A DNA stretch of 58,193 nt, counting the filler, from Sluysia triapertura (Eukaryota), in NCBI GenBank assembly GCA_046118255.1. It is 4 parts of 4 records of this genome, joined end to end, with 100 filler letters (N's around TTAATTAATTAA, not from the genome) between each part and the next. Parts side by side here need not be neighbours in the genome. Positions count along the whole stretch, not along the records: positions 14,496 to 26,988 come from JBJNIA010093784.1; positions 27,089 to 38,082 come from JBJNIA010190441.1; 2 more parts are not named here. One strand, 5' to 3'. Numbering within the stretch: position 1 is the first letter of the stretch; every line of letters starts with the position of its first letter. The position numbers and the translations under genes are program-made. Positions 24,730 to 35,768 of the stretch are shown here, one piece after another. The notes under the pieces were generated by a model, which was given only the letters and a program-made list of their open reading frames with translations, searched no databases and was not told where the DNA came from.

Positions 24730-26730
24730 AAGTTGATTCTCCGGTGTCACAATTCTACAGAATGATCGCGATACCATAGTTTCTTTTTCCATACCAAACA
24801 TTCATTAAATGATTTTAGACTTACAATATATGTCTTTTGTGTTATGAAATTTTATAGTTTTCCCTTCGTATTCTATAGATCCTTATTCGCAGGTTCCAAT
24901 ATGGTAAATTATATTTCATTATTTATCCTGAATTAATTGCCCTTATTTAAACGTATATATTCGGTTTTAAAAGCATTTCTACAATAGTTGGGCAATATTT
25001 TAAAAAGTTTTATATATTTGATAACTCTCTTACTGAAGAGTGGCTGTGATGTCCACAATACCGTATTGTCATAGAACTCTTTACTGCACAATCTTTTACT
25101 AGTGTAGCAACTAAATTTCCTTCTTGATAAACTTTAAATTTTTTGTCCTTAATTTGAATTCGGTTTGGTCTAGATTCTGAACAATTAAGAAAATTTTTAC
25201 ACAATTTTGTGTATAGCAAACATATTAATAGTATGATTATGAAAAGCATGTTATTTGTCTGACAACCTAATCTTGGAATTACTATGCTCAATATTATATT
25301 ATTACCAAGTGTATTTGAAAGTGTATTGAATAGTTCGTCGAAATTTTGATTATCTTTTTCTTTTACTATATTTCTTCAACCTCTTTGGTTATCGATCCAT
25401 AGTTTAAGCTTTTTGTCAATAAATTCTATAACTTTATCTATCTTTTCAATTGGTAACAATTTTCCTTTATCGCACTGAAATGTAATATAAGTTTTAAGTT
25501 TTTCGTTGCTTAAACCTACATTAATACGTTTATTTATTATTGGCTATTATCTGTATAATCACTAACGTAATTATTTTTTATATTTTTCCTCCATTTGTTC
25601 CATTATTTTTAACAGTGTAATCTATAATCCTTTAATTTAGGAAGTATTCTCTTATATTTATCAAAATTTGTAAATTTCTCAGACCTTCTATCAGTTGTTT
25701 TATAAAAGAATGTGGAGTAGCACCTAAATCAACTTTATCGTCAGATTTTCATTCAGTTAAATTCTCGATGGATTTATTTTGAATTTGAAAGGTGACAAAA
25801 TTTTAAGTTTTCATTGTGATTTCGTAAATGGTAAAATACAAGTTATTGACGGATCATTTAATTTAGATAACTTCTAATTTAATTTAGATACCTTCTTTAT
25901 CTAACAATGTTACTGGTAAGTGCATCAAAACATCAATTGATCCATTACTTAACACATTAATTTTCATTACCCTTTTCAGTTCCTCATTTCTTTCATTTAA
26001 CAGATTTTAAAAGATCTCTTGCTTTAAGGACTATCTGTTGGGCTGCATACCATGCATAATTATATCTGAATCGAGTAAGTTATCCATATTTCTAGCAATA
26101 TTTTTTTGCCTCTGCCATACTTTTGTCTAAATCCGAAAGGATTTTCTTTACTTCTTTTGTTAAATTTGGTTCAGGTGTATTTAACACCATGTTCGGTGAA
26201 ATGTCTTAGTTGGCTGATATTATTTGGCTCGATTTTATTTGAAACATCAGAGTTAAGTACTACATTTTCACATATCCTCGCACTGATGATTGACTTTATT
26301 TCTTCATCATATAAGCTTATTATTGACATATTTCTTTCTCATTATTTAAGCTCGATTCTTGTTGTTTTTTACTTGGTGTCATCTTAATATTATCTTCTTA
26401 AAATTTCTTAAAATTTTTTCATTTTTTATTTTTCCATTTCTTATACATTCGTAATTGTTTCTACTCGTTTTGATTCCTTATTTTTTCCTTTTTATTACTT
26501 TAAAAAGTTTAGAAAATATTCGCATAGGTAGTTAATATAGGTTTTGTCCTCCTTTTCTTTTCTTCTGGATTTTTTCTTTCGTCGCAGTCCTCATCATCCA
26601 ACTTATTAGATAAAATTCTTGTAGTACTCTTCGTTAATCTGCTTTGTCTTCTTTCGTATCCATTGTTTTTATAATCCACATCACTATATTTGTTGTTTTT
26701 TCTTTGTCTTTCAATATCTATGGTCAATTA
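24730..26730 (-). pseudogene. Second, diverged copy of the glycoprotein polyprotein element (5' half only)
   Basis: SEKFTNFDKYKRILPKLKDY..MEEKYK..SDYTDNSQ..INVGLSNEK..PIEKIDKVIEFIDKKLKLWIDNQ; signal peptide NNMLFIIILLICLL; CSESRPNRIQIKDK..VYQEGNLVATLVKDCAVK..YCGHHSHSS..CRNAFKT..GTCE.GSIE..TMVSRSFC. Collinear with 11500-12540. Confidence 0.85.
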
Positions 26731-26988
26731 AGGAAAATCCAGATAAAACCCTTAAATCTGTGCAAGGGTATGAAGCTAAAATTATAGAATTAGAACAAAA
26801 AAACTTTAGCTAAAGCTTTTATCAACATTACTAACGAAACATCCTCAACAATTCATGTACATGATCAACTTAAAATGTAACAAACAAATAAACTATTTGT
26901 ATCAACTACAAAAGTCGACGGTGCTTTAGAAAAAGCTAAAATATGAATTTCATATCGATTGCACCTCTTAGGCAGCACAATGATTGAA

Positions 26989-27088
26989 NNNNNNNNNNNN
27001 NNNNNNNNNNNNNNNNNNNNNNNNNNNNNNNNTTAATTAATTAANNNNNNNNNNNNNNNNNNNNNNNNNNNNNNNNNNNNNNNNNNNN
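26989..27088. other. Artificial contig linker
   Basis: 44 N + TTAATTAATTAA + 44 N. Confidence 0.95.
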
Positions 27089-27118
27089 TTTTAAAGTTAT
27101 TCACATTTTTCTTCCCAT

Positions 27119-27159
27119 GGGGGGTAAAATTACCCCCCAGGTTGACTGACAAAGGTTAA
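27119..27159 (-). mobile_element. piggyBac-like transposon end
   Basis: Reverse complement TTAA-CCTTTGTCAGTCAACCTGGGGGGTAATTTTACCCCCC, with a subterminal palindrome. Confidence 0.55.
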
Positions 27160-28854
27160 TATTAATAAAAATTAACACAATAAATGATTGTAAATAATTG
27201 CATATGAATGTATAAATAAATTATAATACTAACAAAACAATATTACAAATAAAATTAATAAATATATAGATGAAATTGGCTCTATTATCATTAAAATAAA
27301 ATTATTTAAATGATACTAACCATGCTATAAAATTATTATTATCATTATTATTTCATTATCATGCGAAATTAATTGCAGAAAATTTATTTTAGAATGCTTG
27401 TAAAAATGTATTAGTTGTAGCAGTTCATAAGTGAAACTTAGAATAAGAAATAAATAAACTTTTTGGTACACATATGGATAATTTGTATATAATTGACATT
27501 CAAAGTTTATATATTATTATAGAAAGTATAATTTGTATGTACTATAACTAAATTAAACTTATAAATAGAATATCATAACTATTATGTACGATCATCTTTT
27601 TTTTAATTAAATAAACCTTAGTCTATCAAGTTTTAATTTATTTCTGAGTGCAGGCATTTGAATTTTTAAGTATTTTAATCATTAAGCATTGCACTTTCAT
27701 GCTTAAGGGCGAGTTCAGAACTAATCTCACAATTTAGGGACTAATTATAATACATTTGATTAATTTAGAAATCATCAATCACATTTTAAAGTTAAGCGAT
27801 CATAATGATGTGTCTTTTATAACAATGTCTTTCAAAATCAAAATAAAATCAATACATATAGACATACATTATTATTAATTATTAGTTGTAATAAATAATT
27901 ATTAACTATCACGAATAAATGTTCAATCATGAATAGATTCGAGTTAATTAGCAATTAACTTTACAAAGCACAAATATACATAAATTTCAAAAATCGAGAT
28001 CAATGTCAAAGTTTAAACAAAAAAAAATAACTAACACAAGATTTCCGTTCAATATTCAGTTATACTTGGTTAAAGCTACCAATTCGCTTAGCTTTCTAAT
28101 CACACTTCATTCCATTGATCCACTAACTAGAAGAGATTGGTTAGAAGCTTTAGGTTATATGTTTTTTGGTTTTTAAAAGAGAAAACACTTTACGAGGTTG
28201 TGAATGTTAGAAAGGAGACAATATATGATTATAAAAAGACATTTTATATAAAAGAATCGAGTATCCAAGAGTTTCCATCCTTGTTATATTATTTTATATA
28301 ATTTCATATTCAAGTTGATTTAGGACTTTATTTGGATTTTAATTTTAAATTCAATTGTCATTTAAGAAAAGGCTTTAAGCCGCTTTTTACAGATTACAAT
28401 TTTCAAAAGGTCTTAAGCTTATTTTTAATGGATTGAACTTTCGAAATGTAATTTATAATAGAAATTATCTTTATCCGAGTAAATACATTTAATGTGGAAC
28501 GGGTTTTAAGCCCATATTTCATATTATTATTTTCAAAAATGGAATTTTTAAAAGTATGACAAACATGCATCTTGAACACTCAAATGTATCTCGGCCATTT
28601 CTAATACAACAAATAAGTTACAAAATGCATGGATTGATGAATAAAAATGGATTCCAATTGAAAGCCGCTGTAGAAATATCTGTAGCAACATCGAGGTGGT
28701 TGCTGAATTACGATTTTGAAAATTGTTGATAAATTAAAATAAGATGGCAACTGAATAAATATTGTTTAAAAACAGCTAAAAATTAAAAAGGCTGACAATA
28801 AAACAGCCGCTATAACTAATCTAACGCTACTTTATATACTATTTATCAGCCAAT

Positions 28855-28960
28855 AGGAATCGATGGAATGTTCTCGTACATTATTCAAGAAACTTCAATC
28901 TATTTTTAGAAACGAATTTTCTTTTTTAGAAAATAAGATTCTTTATTGAAAAATAAGATT
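28855..28960 (+). repeat. Interspersed repeat shared with 41830-41900 (LTR U3-like)
   Basis: aatcgatggaatgttct (17 nt identical) and a following cgaattttctttt..gaaaataa occur in both places. Confidence 0.6.
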
Positions 28961-29271
28961 TTTAAATTATTTTAGAAGATTAAGATAGTACTTGTGTTAA
29001 TGTGTGTCGATTTACAACAATATAATATTGTTATCGACATTAGTTTATCATAAAATCGACACACATAAAATTATTCATATATTATTGATTCTTGAATAAT
29101 TTTATTTTGAATTTTATTAATCATTATCTTATTTTTGGACTTATTTGGAAATTTATCAATTTATTTATATCAATAGTGAGTTTTAATTTATTTAAATTAA
29201 ACTTTTATTTTAATAAAATAATTTTTGTTAATTAATTTTGTCTAATAATTAAATTTTAAATTGTTTAAATT

Positions 29272-29985
29272 AACATCCAAGGTTAATAGGTGAAAAAATA
29301 TAAATAGCACTACATTTAACAATAATTTACACAATTTTGTAAACACAATTTTGTAAACATAATTTTGTAATCTCATTTGTTCCACAATTCAATCTTCTCG
29401 CAGTTTTTTGGACAAACAATTTTTCACCTATTGTAAACGTTAGTTTGTTTTGTTTAAGGCAAGATATTTTTTTTATAAAATATCAGTGTAAAATCAACTT
29501 AAATTCTTTAATAATTGACTTTTGTGATCAATGTAAAATCATTTAAAAATCTTAATAAATCGGAATTACAATCAGTAATTTCTGCTACAAGATATTACTA
29601 TTATTATTATTTTATTCTAACCATCATACTTCATAATTTTTCTTTTGATTATAATAAATCTTCTTAAAAAAGTAGCATCGACTTTTGATATAATTAAAAA
29701 GGATAAAATCTTGAATTGAAAAATAATTTAAAGAATCCTTGTTATATGATTTATGTAAAATATAAAGAATCCTTATTATAGGATTTGTGCAAAATAACTT
29801 TTAAATTGATAACATAAGAAACGGTAAGATTAACCTCCAGACGTTAAGATATATATAGTTAGAAAATTGTTAAATTTTCAAGGCTTTAGATATCTTTTTA
29901 TTTACGTAAAATCCAACGGCTGGCCCTCGCTAGTAAGTCCAGTACGTTGGTGAACTCACGACATCACAGTTTTAACTTTTATTAT
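29272..29985. mobile_element. Non-autonomous hairpin-family element (~0.7 kb) containing hairpin copy 3 (29909-29959)
   Basis: One end aacatccaaggttaatagg matches 35749-35768 (reverse complement); acctcca at 29833; hairpin ccaacg-g-ctgg-[15]-ccag-ta-cgttgg-tgaactcac; internal 14-bp x3 and 34-bp x2 repeats. Confidence 0.55.
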
Positions 29986-30134
29986 ACCATTTCTTTAAGT
30001 TAATTCTCAAACTTGAAATGATTTTCGAGAGTTGTAATAACAGCCTAACAATTTTATTAAAAGTAAAAAAACTTAGTAAAGAGGTTAAAATAAAAATATT
30101 ACTAGAAAAAACTGAATAATTGAAAGTTTTGAAC

Positions 30135-30297
30135 NNNNNNNNNNNNNNNNNNNNNNNNNNNNNNNNNNNNNNNNNNNNNNNNNNNNNNNNNNNNNNNNNN
30201 NNNNNNNNNNNNNNNNNNNNNNNNNNNNNNNNNNNNNNNNNNNNNNNNNNNNNNNNNNNNNNNNNNNNNNNNNNNNNNNNNNNNNNNNNNNNNNNNN
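30135..30297. other. Assembly gap (163 N)
   Basis: Run of N. Confidence 0.99.
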
Positions 30298-31543
30298 ATT
30301 ATTAACAATGTTAATTTTTCTGCAAAAACAATAGCATCTGAGAATAACTGTCTTCTTCAGACATTGCTCAAGTATAAAATTTCAGCATTGCAATAAATAA
30401 TAGTTCAATGATTTATAACTGTCTTTAATCATATTATGTATTATTGTTACACTAAATATACAAATATTCTATAAAAACAATTGTCATTGCACAACAGAAA
30501 AATATATAAAATTTATTTTGTATAACAAATTTTAGTAAAAATTATAACTGTAAACTGTATTTACAGTATTTATTAAACTATGAATTTAAAAACATTCATT
30601 AACATTCTTAATTCTTCAAAACCTACCAAACAAAATATTTAATCTTAAACTTAATTGGTTAAAGTTACAGTTCACAATTTATGATGACTCATTTATATCT
30701 TCATTTAATTTTAATTATTCAGTATGTTTTTTTATATCAAATCTATTACTTTAACGTATCCTCAAATGGGTTTAACTATTAAATGTTATAACTTTATGTA
30801 TTTTTGTATATTATCAGTTTGCCTTTTTTATTTGTTTAATTAATTATTTCTTATCCTTAATGATTTAACAATTATTGTTCAATTTAAATTAATATCGCGT
30901 TCACGGTAAACTGTGTAGTTAGATTATTTTACACCTATGCAGTTAAAGATATCGGAGTTCTTTGAAGAAAGAAATTTTTGGAATCAGTATTACATTATTT
31001 AATTTTCCTTTTGGACATTTTAATTGTATCGTTTTGTTTTTATAAGCTTTGCAAAATTGCGTTAATAATATCTTTTCGATAAAATTTTTGAATAGCTCTC
31101 ATTTAATTAAGATAGCTCAATAAAAACTAAGACATTATTGTTAGAAAAAATACTCTATTTTAATTATCTATCATTATAGTGCATAAAATTTTCCTTTGTT
31201 TGTCAAATTGTACACCTTTTGTTCATAGTATACCTTCGTAGTTTGAAGTATTTTTATTCATCAAAATTATATTTACTTTTAGGTTTCCTATAAGAAGAAA
31301 CATCAATAATAATAAATTTATTATTAACAAGTTAATAACATTAAACCACATTTAAGAATAAAATATTAATCGTAAATATATTTATTCATGTCCAGAAGCT
31401 TATTATCGCTCACAATTAATCATTTCTTTAAAAAATATACATAAATATACGTCCAAAAACTTATTATTGACCTCCATTGATATACCTTTTCAAGTGCGAA
31501 GATTTATTTACCTCAATTGAATTTATATACTAAATATTTTTAA

Positions 31544-31595
31544 AAATCCAACGGTCTAGGCATAACCTGGATGCTGGATATGTTGGTGAACTCAC
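31544..31595. repeat. Dispersed hairpin, copy 4
   Basis: aaat-ccaacg-g-tctag-[gcataacctggatg]-ctgga-ta-tgttgg-tgaactcac; acctcca at 31470-31476. Confidence 0.75.
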
Positions 31596-32279
31596 TTAGA
31601 TTCTTTTATTCTGTAAGGACACATATTCTTATTATTATTAAATGTTATTAATATTTATTACTTGTTGCAGTAAATAACTTATTATAATTTTTCGTATTTT
31701 GTGTAAACTGTATCTTCAGAATTTGTCCCTGTTTTAACAAAAATATAATTATTTTTGTTATCATCTCTTATATTTTGTTTTATATTTACTCAAAACTCTA
31801 CGATAATTTTTTATTGCCTCTTGGTAAAATGATATAATTTCATGCTTGATTTATCTTATACAATTTTCACAAATTACTAGATTATTTTACATATATATTT
31901 ATCAAACAATGAAATTATCGTTATTATTATTGGTCAAGATTATTTTTATAACATTATTAATACCATTAGTGCTATTTTTATGCGGAAATCTTTTCAAATT
32001 TTATAAGGGAACTTGAAGAAGCAGTTTTATTTTGTTGAATTTTTCAAAGTTAATCCTGATGGTTCAATGTGACTCACATCTTTAAACTGTCCTTTGTCGG
32101 TGGAGTAATAAGACATATTTTATAAATTAAGACTAATTTTTATTGGCAAGATATTTTTTGAGGTTTATGGGTTTCATTTGTAAAGAATAAAAGTCTTAAT
32201 TATCGAATAACTTATCACTTATTTTATCAAAAAATTAATTTTTAAATAGTTAACTCGCCAATAAATTGTACAATGCTAC

Positions 32280-32330
32280 GAGTTTGCCTACGATCCTAGA
32301 CTTACAAGAAATGGCTAGTCCGTAGAATTT
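32280..32330. repeat. Dispersed hairpin, copy 5 (opposite orientation to copy 4)
   Basis: gagtttg-cctacg-atc-ctag-[acttacaagaaatgg]-ctag-tc-cgtaga-attt; tggaggt at 32430-32436. Confidence 0.75.
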
Positions 32331-33419
32331 TAAATAGATTTAACTTAAAAGAATTAATATTGATCAACTGTATTCAAATATGCAGTTCAACATAAATTTA
32401 ATTCTAATTTGGAATATGAATTTAGTCTGTGGAGGTGCAAATGTGCCTTGAATTAAATTCCTAATCTTCCAAAGTTTCTGTATGGTCTGAAGCGAGGTTA
32501 ATCTGAGTTTAGACTTGATATAATGAATTGGATTTCCGTTTAATTGCGAGTTTATTTGTGAATTATAATTTACATAAGGTTCTGTAAATATTATCCTGAA
32601 AAAATATTCAAGTGATGAAGATTTTGGGGAGTGTTAAAACTATATAAATTAATTAGATTTTATTATTGATCCAATTTAAAGTGATCAAAAAACAAAAATA
32701 TAAATTATTTAATTTAAATGACTTTATTACGATCCGTACTAAAGGGATCAATAAAAAAATTAACAACAGAGTAAATAATAAATTATTATTTATTAATAAT
32801 TTATTAAACAAAGATACAGTCACTTTAAAAAAATAATACAGTTACTTCATATAAACTCTAAAGCTTTATCAGTTTATTGTTAACAAAAATAATCTACAAT
32901 AGCAATAGCCGATTGACAAATAATTTTTGATAAACCGATTTAGAATTTAAATGGAATAATATTTTGACCAAAAACGTCTATCTAGATAATCTATTGTTAT
33001 TCTTATCGGTTAATATTCTACCTATATATTCATTGTGTTCATGTGTTGCTAAGTTGAACAATTATTATTTATTATGCTACTAAATTTAAACAATTATTTT
33101 ATTCATTTTAAATATAAAAATTCTTTGGAATAATAATATTAAGTTTTCTTTTGATTTTTAAACAATAATTTTAATTTTAATAATAATATTTTAAATAATA
33201 ATATTAAATACTGATATATGAAATGATATTCGTTAATATTTAAAATATTTAAATATATAAAATATAATCATCACATCGCATATAAATTATAAAAGCATCA
33301 TAGAATAAAGTCAAGTACATTTTGCTTTTACATGTAACATATACTTGATAACTTGTACAAGACTATTTAAAATTTACTTTACACAATTTCACAAGCACAA
33401 TTTTTAATACAGTTTTCAA

Positions 33420-34200
33420 TATAGTTTTTTGAAAGAACAAATTTTTGTAAATTTTTACGAAGTGGTATTCGATTCCTGCTGAACTTGCTTGATAAATCTT
33501 GGTTTAATAATAATAATAATACGTTAGTTTATTGTATTAAGTCACGGATATACGACATGCATCCACGTAAAATCTTTTTTGTAAATTTATTTTGTAACTA
33601 TTTATCAAAAAAGATCTTATCAAAATAGATCTTTCGCAAAATCGTCATTAAAATATTGTCATTTCAGGAATTAAATCGATTAAATTAATTCCTCGTAAAT
33701 TAGTTATTTTATTACTTTTATATTTCATTTGTAATTTTATTTAGCCATTATTTAACAAATTTTTCTTTTAAGTAATTATTTCTTCATTGATTAATTTTCA
33801 TAGTTTAAATTATAAAATACCCAACAGATTAAAGATTTCAATGATTAGAATTTAACTCTAATCACGTAAAATCATTTTCATAGATCCTTTTCATAGGATC
33901 TACGTAAATTACTCTGTAAATTATTTTTATTTTTCAGTTAAATAACACATTTATAAATTTGATATCAGTAACAGTTTTGCATTAACTTTTATTGAAATAC
34001 CTCCAGAATTAAACTAGATCTTCTAGATTTGTAATTAATAGCCAAGTTATTAAGCAAAAAGTATCCAAGTAAAACCATACACTCTTTAGAAAGTTATTTT
34101 AATCTTCACTTAAAAATCTTTTATCTACAAATCCAACGGCTAGCCTTAACTGGTAAGCCTAGTACGTTGGTGAACTCACATTAAAATCCTACTTTATTCT
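33420..34200 (+). repeat. Left arm of a large inverted repeat, containing hairpin copy 6 (34129-34179)
   Basis: Long collinear matches to the reverse complement of 34634-35310 (e.g. aaaatcattttcatagatccttttcataggatct, ttaaattaattcctcgtaaatta, gaaatacctccagaattaaa). Confidence 0.9.
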
Positions 34201-34209
34201 AAGAATCTT

Positions 34210-34470
34210 CACATATGCATGATGAAACAAATCGTCTAAAAGAACTTTTTCGAGAAGCACAAGACAAGCCTATCAAAAAAAGTATCATTAGATATAATAA
34301 ATCATTAGTAAAATAAATCACTTTTGTGCATACTAAAAATTTAAATTATCCATTTTCTGTTTGATATATTTGGATCTATGATGAACTGAAAGAAAATTAT
34401 GTCGCTTGGTAAATTTAACAATATTTTTGCGAAAATTCAAAACATGAATTAAAAAAATTGGTTAAACTTA
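34210..34470 (+). mobile_element. Possible retrotransposon integrase C-terminal remnant in the inverted-repeat spacer
   Basis: RLKELFREAQDK..RYNK..FSV*YIWIY loosely resembles the Gypsy IN tail (..Y.K.....F.VGD.VW). Confidence 0.25.
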
Positions 34471-34633
34471 GAAAATAATTTCACAATACTTACTAATATA
34501 TTAATTAATATTACTATGAATTTGTAATTAAAAAAGTCGAAATGATTAACAATTCTTTTATACTCTAATTATTAAACGGAGTTTAATTATTCAAATAACA
34601 CAACATTATTTGAGAATTTTAAAAGAGAAGATA

Positions 34634-35768
34634 GAATAAAACAGAATTTTAACGCGAGTCCACAAACGTACTAGGCTTACCAGTTAGGACTAGCCGTTGG
34701 ATTTGTGTATAAAAGATTTTAAAGGTTAGAAAAAATTGTCTGAGGTGTGTGTAGATTTGTTAGGGTATTCTTTACTTAATAACTTGACTATTAATTTCAA
34801 ATTTAATTCTGGAGGTATTTCAAAACTATTAATGATAATAAATTTATAAACATGTTGTTAACTGAAAAATCAGAAAAAATTTATGAAGTATTTTACGAAG
34901 ATCCTATGAAAAGGATCTATGAAAATGATTTTAAGGGATTAGAGTTAAATTCTAATCGTTGAAATCGGTACTCTACTGAAGATTTTATAATTAAAGCTAT
35001 GAAATTTAATAAAGACGAATAATTACTTGAAAAATTTATTAAACAATAGATAAATGAAGTTACAATTGAGAGTATAATAAAATAAATAATTAATTTACGA
35101 GGAATTAATTTAACTCCTGAACCAACACTATTTTAATAAAGAATTTGCGTAAGATCTATTATAAGATCTTTTGAAAAGTAATTACAAAGTAAGTTTAAGT
35201 CTATTTTGCGTGGATATGTGTCCTACATCCGTGACCTAATATAAGAAACTAAAGTATTATCTTGATTAAATCAGAATTTGTCAAAAAACTTTTGTTTTCT
35301 CAAAAGATTATGTTAAATTCGGATTTTACAAAAAAATTAACTATTTGACAAATTCTGCGACTTTTATAGTCGTCTTAGCTGGCCTTGGCCAGATTAAAAC
35401 AAATTATTTAATTAAAAAATTAAAACAAATTATTAAAATTAAATTTAAAATTATTTATATTTAACAATGTAAAAATTGCTTACGTTAAAATTAATTCTTT
35501 TAAATCTAAATAAACGAATTATAAAATTGTCAATAAAATAACAATAAATGAATAAAATTATCAATAAAATCAATAGTAATCACATATAAAAGATCAAAGT
35601 CACTTAACATTGATTTATTATTAAAGATTAAAGTCGTAATCATAAAGTTGTAATCATCATTAATTTACAATTAAAATCTTATACAGAAAAAAGAAATCAT
35701 TTGTTATAAGATATAATGTATTTTTCCTTTTTAATTCCTCTACATAATCCTATTTACCCTTGGATGTT
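34634..35768 (-). mobile_element. Non-autonomous hairpin-family element (~1.1 kb): right arm of the inverted repeat, with hairpin copy 7 (34654-34704)
   Basis: Hairpin, tggaggt at 34810-34816, and far end cctatttacccttggatgtt (35749-35768) shared with 29272-29290. Confidence 0.7.

Noticed and set aside
29909-29975. Hairpin family as spliced-leader RNA genes or twister/HDV ribozymes
   Set aside because: The GTAAG looks like a donor, but the putative leader exon is not conserved between copies and no Sm site follows; twister and HDV pseudoknot pairings could not be formed consistently.
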